Assembly: GCF_001194135.2 (NCBI RefSeq)
Contig: NC_068992.1
Location: forward strand, 33,192,366 to 33,256,365
DNA: 64,000 bases
DNA from: Octopus bimaculoides
Lineage: Eukaryota
Direction: 5' to 3'
In this document: positions 25,233 through 38,197 of the stretch, in pieces
How the letters are laid out: each line of letters begins with the position of its first letter
How positions within the stretch are numbered: position 1 is the first letter of the stretch
The notes under the pieces: generated by a model
Seen by the model: only the letters and a program-made list of their open reading frames with translations
What the model was told of the DNA's origin: nothing
Database searches by the model: none
Position numbers and translations under genes: made by a program

Positions 25233-26829
25233 CTGGGAAAAAGCAGACTTGATCCTTTATTCCCACTGATTTGTGTAGGCCTCAAAGTAGACATTTGCTT
25301 CATAGATAAATAGTGAATCTTAAATGAAAACACTCAAAGCCATATACAGTGGAGATGAGTGCACTGTAAGCTAAAACAAAGTGAGAATGCTGCTAGTGAG
25401 TAATTCCTACCCAGGAGAGGCTATTCACCAGTATTACACTAACTTAATAATAACTGTAGTGTATGCTACAGTTCACATTTTCAGTGGTAAATGCTTTATT
25501 ACTATTGCTCTTCATATCCTTAAGCTTATGTCAGCAATTTGATTTTTAGGATTGCTTTCAGTATACAGAATATCTATCTCCAAGAACCAGTGCACTTTAA
25601 ATGAAACAAATTCTGTTGCATTGGTATATACAGAAAGACTTACTTTGTTTTCATTCAGTGTAAATGAATAGATTTGCCATTCTATTCTCTATTTTGAGGC
25701 ATTAAGCTAATCATACAATAATTGAACTTGACTATTAATTTTGTTGTAAGATCAGATGAATAAATTAGATTATTGTTAATACATTAAAGATACAGTAATG
25801 CTGATTTATATAAGGAAAGGAATTTTTAATTGATACAGTCATATTTTCAAGGTTAAACCACAAATACAAATTTGTAATATATTACAGTTGTCATCAGGAG
25901 GGAATATTTAACATAAGCCTCTAACTTACTGAAATGATGTATTGTGTAGCATTAAAAGGTTGTGCTTTTAGATTTAGTTTAAAAAATAACATCTATATTT
26001 ATAGAGTAAGTATCAACTCAATCAGATTTTCCGTTTCCAAGTTACTACCTTCTAGAATTAAAACCTTCTAAGCATCTCAAATAAGTTAGCTGACACATAA
26101 TATCAAGATTAGGTACATAATAATGTTATTCTTGTATTCCTTTTGATCAACTCCATCACTGCAGTAGCAGATCTATTGATCCTTCAGATATGCCATTTAA
26201 TCTTTAAAAATTATTAAATCAGACTTGTAAACCAATGCCATCAACCAAATTGATATATATAGAGATAAGTATTTTCAGTAAAGATGATTATCATTTGCCC
26301 CTCAGGTGAGAGATAGATTATAATTATCTAGGAAACCAGCTGTGACTGCGTTTGAAACATCTCATACTAAGAGATCTATATGTGCTAGTTATTTTTATTA
26401 TGCAGTTGTTCCACTAGAAATAATTATAATCTAATAAAATAAATAGATTCAATTTTGGGCCCTTATGTATTCATTAAAGTCCTCTTTATGACATGTTATA
26501 GGCTTTACACCTGCTTAATCTGTCCCTGCCATTCACAACTAAGTATGAGAGAAAATTCGAAGAGTAGGGTAGTGCTATAACATAAAATCTGAACTATCAA
26601 TCTCTTAGCTGGTTGTTAATAACTATCCAGCTTGCCATTATAAAATAAAATATCTTCAAGCATTAGGATTTTGGTATTTTAACTGTTTTGAAAATGGTAT
26701 ACAGAAAGAGGCTGGATGGGAAGATATAAAACTGCATATATGGCACTATTACAATTGTATTATATTCTCTCACTGTACTAGGTAAAATGCATTATTGTGT
26801 TGTGTACACATGCTACTTCACAAGCATTG

Positions 26830-26990
26830 CAATGTGGTTAAAAAGTATCCAGCTTCATGCTTTTGGTTTAGTTTTGCAATGAGGTATTTTGGACAAGTGT
26901 CTTTTACCATAGCTTTGTATTGAGCAATACCTTGTGAATAGAATATGGTAAACGGTAGCTTTGTGGAAGCCCATTGAAAATGTATATACA
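26830..26990 (+). mobile_element. SINE family A 5' part, degenerate
   Basis: tgtggttaaaaag..., ggacaagtgtctttt.ccatagc, ccttgtgaatagaatatggtaaacgg..gaagcccat. Confidence 0.65.
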
Positions 26991-27477
26991 CATGTACGTA
27001 TTTATGCACTATCATTTGTAGATGTATATAAACTGACGTTTTAAAAAATCTTCTTGCAATACTTATTCTATGTAAGCTGTATTGTTATACTCTTGTCACT
27101 CTTGCCAACCTAAAAGCATTGTTGCAGTGATGAGCACATCATAAGCATATAACTATAGATGCTGCTGTTCACAAAATATGATAAAAAATAAATCAAATAC
27201 ATTCATGCATGTGGATGATACAAGGATCATTCTAAATATGCAGCAAGATACTTTCTGATGGGAAAGATGTTTTTTTTTTTTTTGTGAAGGTAGCTGCTCC
27301 AGTATTGCATAAATATCAGAATTTTGTCATAAAATCCATAACATTAGAGTCAGTTAATTTAAAACAATAAAAAAAGCAAACGGCAAAAATATTACTCAAC
27401 AAGTTATTAAATATTCATATTTATTTCTTCTTTTTTTTCTTAAGATAACTCTCTTGGATTGATTTCTCTTGACTTGC

Positions 27478-27567
27478 CTGAAGCCCAAATGTTTGCAGGT
27501 GAGAAATATAACCTTGTGAGCTGATGATCCATGTTTATAATTGGAAATTATCATCAATTCCAGTAGG
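27478..27567 (-). other. Candidate 90-nt exon with GC donor (unverified)
   Basis: Long pyrimidine acceptor ...tttacatttgcctttcag and donor CAG|gcaagt. No homology recognised. Confidence 0.2.
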
Positions 27568-28802
27568 CTGAAAGGCAAATGTAAAGTCAATAATAAGAGA
27601 GAAAAACTAAATATAGCAAAATATTCATTTGAGTATTCCCCAATTCTCAAGTTATTTTTTTTTGTAACATTTTTTAATAAATTCTTCTGCAACTTTCTAT
27701 CACACTCTAAACAATATCTATAATCATAAAATCTTTCTGCTATCTGCACTAAAATGCATCCAGTATGGTAAAGCCATAGACAATGCTTGATTCTTTGGCA
27801 ATAGTATTTTTACTTTCTCACAAGGTTTATTTCTTCAATATAGATCTAGTCATACTACACATAATTATCCATCAAAAGTTCTTATCAAGGGATAATTTTT
27901 ACTGCACACAACATGCAATATTTATTTTTATATGCCTTAATATAGTTACTTAGAAGTAATTGTTAAGCATTTCTAAGAAATGTACCAACTACAGATTAAT
28001 ACCTTATCCATAGAAAATGGTTTTCTTATTAGTGTAACTACCACAAAACTGGAATATTTAAAAGCAAGCTTTTGTACATTTGTGATTCTTGATTAAAGTA
28101 ACTTTAACATATTTTAGTTTGCAATTGCATTTTGTAAATTCAGTTGTAAACTTCACTCATGAGACATGCCTAAAGATTGAAATCCTCATGTTGTATGGAA
28201 TTATTTATTGATGTATGCTTTTTTAAATCAATCTTAGTTGGGAAGTATTTCAAATTTAATAAATTTAATATTTCTTGCATCTATTTTGGAATAACATTTG
28301 ATGTTACTAACATTAAAAGAAAAATAAACCTTTTTTCAAATTTTTTTACATTGAAGAAAAATCTTTAAAAATCTTTCATTACCTATATATCTGAAAATAT
28401 TCTATGATGTAAATGCTTAATATTTTATTTGCTGCATCAGGCCAGTTTACAACATGTTTTCCTATATTTAAATTACACCACTGACTTGTTAATAGCAAAA
28501 AGAACATCTAAAAATATTTTCTTGAATTTGCAAAGGAAATATCACATAAACTTACTCAGTGCCACATAAAAATGTTGAGATTAATTTCAGTAAAACAAAT
28601 TCAATTTATATTATACTGCAATATAATCTACAGTCATTGACATCGCTAACACACTAACATACAAGGAAATCTGCAGTTAATCACCAAAAATGACATCAAA
28701 CACCAATATAATCTTCCATTTGTAGAGCTTTATGTAGAGCAAATAAACTTTGTTTCCATAAACTTCAAAAAAACCTCTGATTCTATCTATGGGTAAACAT
28801 AC

Positions 28803-28883
28803 AGCCTGCTCTCCCTTCGGGTATCACATCTTTCATAACCGACCTGGTCAAGTACATGAGAGGGCTATTGACTACAAGCTGAC
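28803..28883 (-). CDS. Candidate 81-nt coding exon, (G)QLVVNSPLMYLTRSVMKDVIPEGRAG; product unknown
   Basis: Acceptor tttactgctgttttag and donor gtatgt. Only one frame is open, phase 1-1, and it is locally more GC/CpG-rich than its flanks. Confidence 0.3.
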
Positions 28884-29559
28884 CTAAAACAGCAGTAAAT
28901 GCATTGTGCATGAAAAGTAAATATTCAGTGGTAATATATAAATAGCAAAATGCGAAAAGTTTGAGAAGCTGGAAAATATTAGTCTGAAATCTACAAACCA
29001 ACACAAATGTGATTGTTGTTATGTTGAAGCGTAAGAGCTACAAGAGCCCCAATCAAATGATTTGGCAATCTCATTTAGGTATCACCTACTCCAACCCAAA
29101 GATATCCAAGTAAAAGATGGATGAAAAAAATGCCCACTTATCTGAACCAATCTAGTTTCCTGACTCAAAGAAAATATGTAATCTACTGTTGACCACAGTA
29201 TAAAACAATATATACCAAAGCAGTCAACACTTTTTGAATCACTGAAATTATATATCAATAAATAATGCACAATCACTCATACACTGACATCATGCACCAA
29301 TATAATTGACACTTACTAACTTTAAAACAACATATACCAATATATTCTGTAGTAACTCATATCGAAATATATGAAATTCTCAATGAAAATAATGCAGTAT
29401 ATTTATAAAGAAGTGCAACATCAAATAACAATGATTCATTTTTCGTGAGGAAATTTCAGTATCTGTTTATCTGACTATATATGTATAGCTGTGTGTATGT
29501 GAAAGCATATGTGTGTATGTGTATGTATATGTGTGTGTGATAATGCCTCTTTGCTTTGA

Positions 29560-29760
29560 TATATCATGATAGATGTAAGCATATGTCACCATCATTCAGG
29601 ATGTGTACTTCATTTCCAATCTTTTGAGATAACTTGTTTAATCAAGTGAAGGTTGGTGACAGAAAGGGCATCCAGCTATAGAAAATATACTTCAACAAAT
29701 TCCATCTTACCCATACAAGCTTGAAAAATGTGGATAGTAAAATAATAAAATTGATGACAA
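29560..29760 (+). mobile_element. Short retroposon ending in an RTE-like tail
   Basis: ggtgacagaaagggcatccagctatagaaaat...acccatacaagcttgaaaaatgtggata resembles the RTE 3' end at 63000-63160. Confidence 0.6.
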
Positions 29761-30469
29761 CAGTGTCAGTGCCACTGCCATTGATGACAATGACAAAAAT
29801 TCTGCTTTGGATTAGGTTAGTATTTATAATAATATATAATTTCAGTTCATAATGCTGTCAAAAATATCAACTGGATAAGATTTTTATCTGTGACAACTTG
29901 ATTCTTTTCAGAGGACAATTTGAGTAGCATCTGCAATTGGCATTAAGAATCAGTTCTTAAGATCCTTTGGGATGCTATGGAGATTTTTATTCAGCTTAAA
30001 TCAACAGTGACAATTTAGCTTCTCATTCTACATTGTTTGATTGTAGAATTACAGCCTGGAATTTTTTAAATGTGAAAACGATTCATTTCTGATAGATTAA
30101 ATGATAATATATTTTATTAAAAGTTAAAGAAGTGTTCAACAACAGGAGAAAACCTTCTGAATGCTATTTATCTTCTGAAGAATCTTTATCCGCCACCTTT
30201 CGAACAACTAATGGTATTGGAAAATTTCTCTAAATAAATTAATTAAACATTTCATTGTTGGAAAATTTTTCACAAAATTTTCAGATAAACTTTAAAACTT
30301 AAAAATAGAATATTTGACATTTATGAACCAGACTGTGCTTGTTACTATGCATACAACCATACATTCCTTTGTTTACTTGCTTATGACAGTCCATCAAAGG
30401 GGATGACAGTGTTGAATCAGAACATTCAAACTCCTCTATCTCTAGCATATTATTTCTCATGGGAGTGGA

Positions 30470-30670
30470 CCTGATTAACGAGACTGTTATGAAATAGGCA
30501 GATCCTGTGGCACTGAGGGCACTGAAAGTGACCCTGAACAGCCATAGGGGGTTGATGATGATGTCTTCTTCTTACTTCATGCAATCTCATGCATTCAGTT
30601 TCAAAGAGTTCTTCACCAGCATAATGCATGGCCTTCCTTTCTCTCCGATTAACAGTCAGGACCTAACATG

Positions 30671-30704
<34 letters not shown>

Positions 30705-31750
30705 AAATATATATACATCGATCTACCTCCTTACCTATCTATCTACCAACCATACTACATACCTCAAGAATGTTGTCACTAGCCTTCTCTAGGATACCAA
30801 TATTGGTGTTTCACTAATTGCATTACCCAACTGATAGTGTGCTATAAGCACCCAAGAGCATTCCTGATGCCAAGTACTCAGTCTCATTTTTTGCATGACC
30901 TAGAACTGAAGCTCTATTAAAAGCTGTAGAAAGACATGCTTAGCAAAGGACAACACATTTGTACACACTTGGAGTTTTCATAGATGCCTCAGCACATTAA
31001 CAGTCATGGCATACAGAGTGCTCATTCCAGAAGATGATTACAAATGCATTCCCTCCACAAGAAGCAAAGAAGCAGATACTCGAACCTGTCCAGATGAGAA
31101 ATAGGTTAGTCACAACAACAGGCAGTAAAGAGATAACATGTGTCATTTGCCTGATCTTTCAACGATAGCTTTCTCTCAGCTTATTTCTGAGACTGGCAAC
31201 CATGGATGTAACCTTGTCTGAGTTCTTAGCTACCTGGAGCCTCAAACTGAATCAAAGTACCAACAACTTAATAGAACCATCTGTTCAGCATATTACGATG
31301 CCTTTTGATTGCATGGACTTTCCACTCCAGGCGGAGAGTTATAAGTTCACCACCTTTTCCTGGTTCATTTTTGCTCATGTCCCAGTCTCATACTCCTTTA
31401 GGGTGATATCAACCACATCAATTTCTATGGTGTCCTTCACCATTGCATTGACATAGCTTGCATATGCCAACATGGATCTTCTGCATCCCCATTCAAATGG
31501 GATGGTCCTCAACATCTTCAATTTCAGTAGCATTGGCTGAAGTCAGTAAGCACAGAAGAAATTACAGTGAGAACCTGAGCATATTATCTTAAATGATTCC
31601 AATAGGTGACCATTTACTCTGATCACTAAGCAAATGCAGCTGTACATTAAACATCTACCTCATAAAAACAGGACAAATTTGGATGCTTTAAGGACAGCCA
31701 CCAACTGGCATTGGCTGACCCCTATCAAACTTCAAAGTTGAATCAAGCAA
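30470..31750 (-). mobile_element. Degenerate RTE (BovB-like) LINE 3' part with terminal C2H2-type finger, interrupted by (CA)n
   Basis: Minus strand NRRERKAMHYAGEELFETE...FQCPQCHRICLFHNSLVNQVHSHEK* matches the terminal zinc-finger pattern of BovB-like RTE ORFs. Upstream similarity (VYKCVVL, ILEKA) is weak. Confidence 0.6.
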
Positions 31751-32399
31751 AATATCAGCTGAGAATCAAAAGACTTTAAATATAATATTGTTATATCTTT
31801 ACTCTAATACTGTATTGTATCAATCTATGGAAGATCATCTGTCTACAAACCACAAGATCACAGTTTTAACTCTGTTGTGCTGCTTCTTCATGTGGATGTT
31901 CATTTGGCTATAAAATAAAAAAAATTCAAGTTTCTTCTTGACTCTGAGAATTTTGCAATACTTATATAAGAATTTGAAGATATATGTTTGTAGTTTGTAG
32001 GCAGCGTGTTGCTTTTCTAGTATTTAATGGAATTTTTTTTTTTTTCACTGAATGATTTTAGTAAAATAAATAAGAGATTTTGCTGACTATTGGGTATACT
32101 ATTTGAGGTTGCTTTTTTGATACATGTAGTGTAGCTATTCATATAGGTATCAATGCTAATAATTACATTGTGAAATAGTTTACTGTTTGCTTTTCGTTTT
32201 GTATTGGATATAAATGTTTGTGAGTTATTTGTTTTGCTTTAGTTTGATTTCCTATTTTGTTTTCTTGTTTAGTTGCTTAATGTTGAATTTTATTTCTGTT
32301 AAGCTTATATTTGGTTGTGTTAGATTAGTTTGTATGAGATTGTTCCCTGTTTTTCTCAGGTTGGCTGTTTCAGTTATATAATAAAGATTGTTTTGTTTT

Positions 32400-33300
32400 T
32401 TATGCTAATTTAGGAGATTATTTTGTCATTTTCTGTAAGCATTTCTATTTCTTTTAACCTATGCAAAGCTGTGATTATGCTCATATTATATTCTGTGAAC
32501 CTGATCTGTTTTCTGGTGAACGTGTTTCCACTGATGGTTTTCCAATTTATAAAAGTGTTTTCTTCTCTGACACTGATGTGCGAATGTTTTACGAATAATT
32601 CTGAGGGATATGTGAGTGCAGCAAAATGCAATGGCAAGAGTGTTGCTATGTTTAACTTGATGTTGTTGATGTGTGGGTGGGTTTTTTTATGTTAGCTGTT
32701 TAAAATGTAAATTGAGTTATGATGACTCTATGTTACTGCTAGCATTACCTGTATTGGTTATTGTATCAGGATGTATTGTGCACATTTAAGTGTCTCAAAT
32801 GATGGTTTCCAACAGTATATTAAGTTGCTGTATTTGATGAGTGTAATCTGGTCAAACAGCTGATGAAGTTGGTAGTAAGAATATACTTGTTATTACTGGT
32901 GCTTAATTTTTCACGAAACTGCAAAGGAAGATTAGATTTAATTTGCCTCCCATAAGGAATAATTAAGCAAATTGTTTTACTATTAGTTATCTTATTTTTA
33001 GTGTAACTATATTTGAAAGACATAGATTTACCTTTAGAATGAAAATAGGGGATTAAATAAGGGTTATCTCCCTTCCTCTGTTTGGTGTTGGCATATAAAT
33101 TAAAATTGATATCATTTATATGCTTACAACTAAATTTCATATCTCCATTAGTAAATGTAGAATAAGATTGAATGGAATTAATGTAGGTAACTTTTTCTAT
33201 ATAACCTGCTTTAAGTAAGGCAGAGTTATAAAATTTGGCCTTATCATTGAAAATGTCAACATTAGCAGATAACTTAGACAATATAAATAAAATATTCTTA
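32400..33300 (-). mobile_element. Probable Penelope-like element fragment (region between RT and GIY-YIG)
   Basis: LSKLSANVDIFNDKAKFYNSALLKAGYIEKVTY and IIPYGRQIKSN resemble PLE post-RT motifs. No intact GIY-YIG motif is readable. Confidence 0.55.
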
Positions 33301-36300
33301 ACTATGTGTGTGTGTGTGTATATATATATATATCCTCTTACCTCCTTCCATGTGTCCAGTGTCCAGCCAGCCATGATCCTTCTTTCTTGACCTGACTGCC
33401 AACCACTTCTATGTTTCTGCTTTTAGACTGTTACTTTATACACACCAACTCAATTTGATTCATTCTCAGTCGAAAGACACCTTTTGTTATATTCTTGTTG
33501 TTTGTATTTGTAATTGTGTACCATGTTCTCCATTTTTTTTTCTTTGTTGTGGTAAACATTCACTAGCTTTCTTACAAAAAAATCTAATGCTTTTAGCTTA
33601 GACTTTTTTGGGGAGAGGGGGGCAACCAGACCGAGCTGTCTCAAATAGTAAGGACTTCTGGTAACTTGACTGAGGAAAGAAGGCCACAAATCACCCGTCT
33701 TTTTTCAACTGTCCTTCTATTTATTGTTTTTCCCATCTACCTTTGTATCATCTCTCTGTCCGAACGTTTTATTGTCTTCTATTGCTTTTCTGTTCCAATT
33801 TATATATATATATTGTTGTATTTTCGGATTGTCATTTTTCTTCTATTTTGTTTTTGCCAAATAAACACAAGCACTATATATTTGTTCTTCACTCGTTGAT
33901 ACTGGTCTTATTTTAACTCATGTCCATTGTCTGGAAATCTTTCATCATACATCTGGAACCTCTTATGCAATACATTTTGTTTTTGTGTGTGCTCTGGCTC
34001 CGCTTACTCCATTCTGATTTTCTATGATGTACACCCTTATGTGCGCACATGTTTGCATTTGTGTTTGTGTGTGTATGGGTGTGTGTGTGTATGCATATGC
34101 TTGTGTATATGTCATTGTTCTTAGCAACAGTGTGGCCTTCCCCTCATCCCCATCCTCTCACCCCATTGTGATGATGCTGTCCTAGGACCTGAAAATTTGG
34201 TACAGTTCCTGTATCTCTCTGTGTTTGTATGTTCACCCAATGTTGCCATCGTGGTAGTTGTTGTTGTTGTTGTTATTGCCATCACTGTCACCACCACAGC
34301 TGCTGTCATTGTTAGTTGAGTTGTTCAAATTGTTGCAGCCATCTGTGAGATTACTGTGTGTGTGTGTTTGTGTGTGTGCATGGCTTTGCTTCTTATGTTG
34401 TTTGTATTCATGCCGTTTATTTTTTTCATCTATTTCTATTTTTTTAAAAATATTTTTCACAGGTATGTGACAAATATATTTATTTATTTTGTTTTGTTTT
34501 GTTTATTATTTTTATAATTTTTATCACTATTTCTTATATAAAAAATGACCATCCTGAAATACAACAATATATGTTTCAACGCACAATTTCACATAAGTAA
34601 TCTTGCAACACAAAGTAACGAACTAGAGTTGATCTCAAAATCATGATGAATGAAATACATTACTGTATACTATTTAACTTTTCACTGGTCTATAAAATTA
34701 AACAAATAACAGTGTATAACCAAACTATTTTGATGTTTACATGATTTACAAGCCTAATAAGTGAGGCTGCAGGAAAATTCATATATTCTGTTGAAATAAT
34801 ATTCCAATAATTTTAAACATTAAAATATTGCTTTTCCTGCTGAAAGAAGTAAAAAACAGCTGAACACTTCTGTTAACATGGTTAAAGTATTATGATTTTG
34901 GCTTGTTTTTCTTATTTGCAGAAATGCAATAATGGTTATTATGAAATTGAATTGTAAGAAAGTTTGGAAAGAACAGTTTGCTTTATATTCAAAGAGAACT
35001 AGTATTAAACTGTAAATATTGATAATGTAAGAAAATCCTATAAATAATGAATCTCAATATATACATTCATTCTTCATTTTAAGTTGAAATCTTTCCAGGG
35101 ATAATGTTGACTTTCATCTCTAAATTGTTGATAAAATTGTATATATTTTCTTGATCAAAAGAATCCATAGATCTGGGGGTTCATCTTTAGTTTCTGTGGA
35201 TGAGAATCATTTCCCACTGGATATGATACCAGACTATTACAAGCTGTTTTGCTCTTGGGAGTAATAAAACTTAACTCTGAAAAATAATCATTTACAGTTA
35301 TTCTCTCTGCTTACAGCTATGAATCATATAATCTACAGAACCTCTGTGTATCTGCTTCACCCCTACTAGAAATAGCCAAATCTCCACTAACAACCATTTT
35401 AATCTCTATCCAAAGCCTAGAATGTTGATAACATAATATTAAGTAGACTGCATGTGAAGGTGAAAATGACCACACTAATATTTATTTGAGTTTTCATATA
35501 TTTTTATTTAACATGGAATGTTTCTATTTACATACATATAAATATTTGATTTGATGGGATGGTATTCATGAAATAGTGAATGGAATGATTAAAAGTCTTC
35601 TGCTATGCAATACACTGGATAATGTTATGAAAGTAATTCATTTTTCTGAGAACAGAACAAGTAGAAAGTGTTAGAACTACTGCATAAAAGTATTTGTGAA
35701 TGATTCGACATTGCAGCCAAAGGCTGATACCTTTTGTCAAACATAACACAAGCATGTTAAATAAGGAAATGCAGAAGAAGGTGAGAGACCCTTTCGCTGA
35801 ATAAAGCAACATTAATCTGTGAGGACTGATGGGTAGCTCTAGTCTGGGGTTGAATCTATCAACTTTTTATAACCATAAGCAAAATTGTCTAGAATATTCA
35901 ATTAAGTTATTTGGTGGGAAGCTTGCACACTTCCTCTAATGTTCATAAATACACCATTACAAGTTAACCAAAACTGAATAGGTGTGCTATATTTGTGAAG
36001 GCATTAATGCATTTAATAGTGACACATTTCCTGTTATGGCAGTATGGTAAACCGTGCTCTAGAACTCAGAAACCTAAGAATGATGGATCGAAATTTAGCA
36101 GGAGCTTTGCTACCAATATCTTTGAAAATTACCAAGTCACTTTAATTTTAATCGTAATATTGCATTTTTTTATCTAGATATGTTTAATTTGTACATATTG
36201 AAGGTAATATATGTGCATATTTCACATCAAATTTAGTTACAGGATACAATGTGAAAACTTTGTTTTTGATCTTGTACATCTACAGTAAACTAACTTTGCA

Positions 36301-36315
36301 TTATAGTGTTTAAAA

Positions 36316-37802
36316 CCCTTTCGTTACCATATTTCTAACCAAATTACACCCCTTATGTGTTTCAATTAATTTCTAACATAATCATAAATTTAGGCTGGTT
36401 TCGTTAAACAACTCTAACTTTTTTATTTATCAACATATTAATGTGATTTTTGGAAGATAAATTCACGAAAGGTTCTCAACCAATTCTATACCAAAATTTT
36501 TGTCACAAAGTGACTTTAATTACAGGTAAATTCAACAAAATATAAAATTATTTAAATTTTTGTTCAAACATCGCTATAGAAAATGGGTTATTAGCTAATA
36601 TTCANNNNNNNNNNNNNNNNNNNNNNNNNNNNNNNNNNNNNNNNNNNNNNNNNNNNNNNNNNNNNNNNNNNNNNNNNNNNNNNNNNNNNNNNNNNNNNNN
36701 NNNNNNNNNNNNNNNNNNNNNNNNNNNNNNNNNNNNNNNNNNNNNNNNNNNNNNNNNNNNNNNNNNNNNNNNNNNNNNNNNNNNNNNNNNNNNNNNNNNN
36801 NNNNNNNNNNNNNNNNNNNNNNNNNNNNNNNNNNNNNNNNNNNNNNNNNNNNNNNNNNNNNNNNNNNNNNNNNNNNNNNNNNNNNNNNNNNNNNNNNNNN
36901 NNNNNNNNNNNNNNNNNNNNNNNNNNNNNNNNNNNNNNNNNNNNNNNNNNNNNNNNNNNNNNNNNNNNNNNNNNNNNNNNNNNNNNNNNNNNNNNNNNNN
37001 NNNNNNNNNNNNNNNNNNNNNNNNNNNNNNNNNNNNNNNNNNNNNNNNNNNNNNNNNNNNNNNNNNNNNNNNNNNNNNNNNNNNNNNNNNNNNNNNNNNN
37101 NNNNNNNNNNNNNNNNNNNNNNNNNNNNNNNNNNNNNNNNNNNNNNNNNNNNNNNNNNNNNNNNNNNNNNNNNNNNNNNNNNNNNNNNNNNNNNNNNNNN
37201 NNNNNNNNNNNNNNNNNNNNNNNNNNNNNNNNNNNNNNNNNNNNNNNNNNNNNNNNNNNNNNNNNNNNNNNNNNNNNNNNNNNNNNNNNNNNNNNNNNNN
37301 NNNNNNNNNNNNNNNNNNNNNNNNNNNNNNNNNNNNNNNNNNNNNNNNNNNNNNNNNNNNNNNNNNNNNNNNNNNNNNNNNNNNNNNNNNNNNNNNNNNN
37401 NNNNNNNNNNNNNNNNNNNNNNNNNNNNNNNNNNNNNNNNNNNNNNNNNNNNNNNNNNNNNNNNNNNNNNNNNNNNNNNNNNNNNNNNNNNNNNNNNNNN
37501 NNNNNNNNNNNNNNNNNNCCATTTTTTTGTCAGGATTACAAATTTTGAAAACACAACAGGAACAAATTTGGAAAAAAATCTCCCAAAATTCACAAAATTT
37601 AAAAAAACACGTTGATCGTCGTACAAAACTATAGCTGAACTGTTTACACAAATAATCACGTGTTTTCACGAATGTACTAACGAGATTTGCTCAGATATTC
37701 TCATTTAAATATGAATAGGTGATTACGGGCGGTTTTGGGCGGCTTGGTCACATGAACCAAAATTTTTTTCGGGCGGCTTTGGGCGGTTTGGTAACGAAAG
37801 GG
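36316..37802. mobile_element. piggyBac-type element with centre in a 914-N gap
   Basis: Perfect 14-bp TIR CCCTTTCGTTACCA / TGGTAACGAAAGGG. TTAA follows on the right and TTAAAA precedes on the left. GGGCGG subterminal repeats occur at the right end. Confidence 0.85.
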
Positions 37803-38197
37803 TTAAACTCAACTTGGATGCAATACTACACACTAAGAAACCATGCATCTCACTAACAGTACTTCTGATGATATCAGTTGTGTGTCATTTTCCCTTCCTA
37901 TGGTACCAAGTTTCAAATAGATCAACTAAGCTAGCAAAATATTAATATATTTGTTGTTACAACAGCATATTGATAGAGAGGAGGATAAATGATTTCCAAA
38001 ATTTCTAGATAGTAAAAACAACACTGAACATTATCTGCTTATTTACAATTTCAAAATATCAATGTTTTTTTTTCTCCAAAATATTTAAATTACATATCTC
38101 AGAATAAAAATAGTTGATGACACTTTCATGCAGTGTGGGTAGTGCTTAAACACTGACCATTCAAATAACTCTCAACAATCAGGTTATAAAGACTATA

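Noticed and set aside
26278-26304. 27-nt micro-exon candidate (KDDYHLPLR, CAG|gtgaga)
   Set aside because: Weak polypyrimidine tract; expected by chance.
34922-35030. EGF-like exon (KCNNGYY...NCKK) after a strong acceptor
   Set aside because: It needs a frameshift, lacks the remaining cysteines, and no neighbouring EGF exons were seen.
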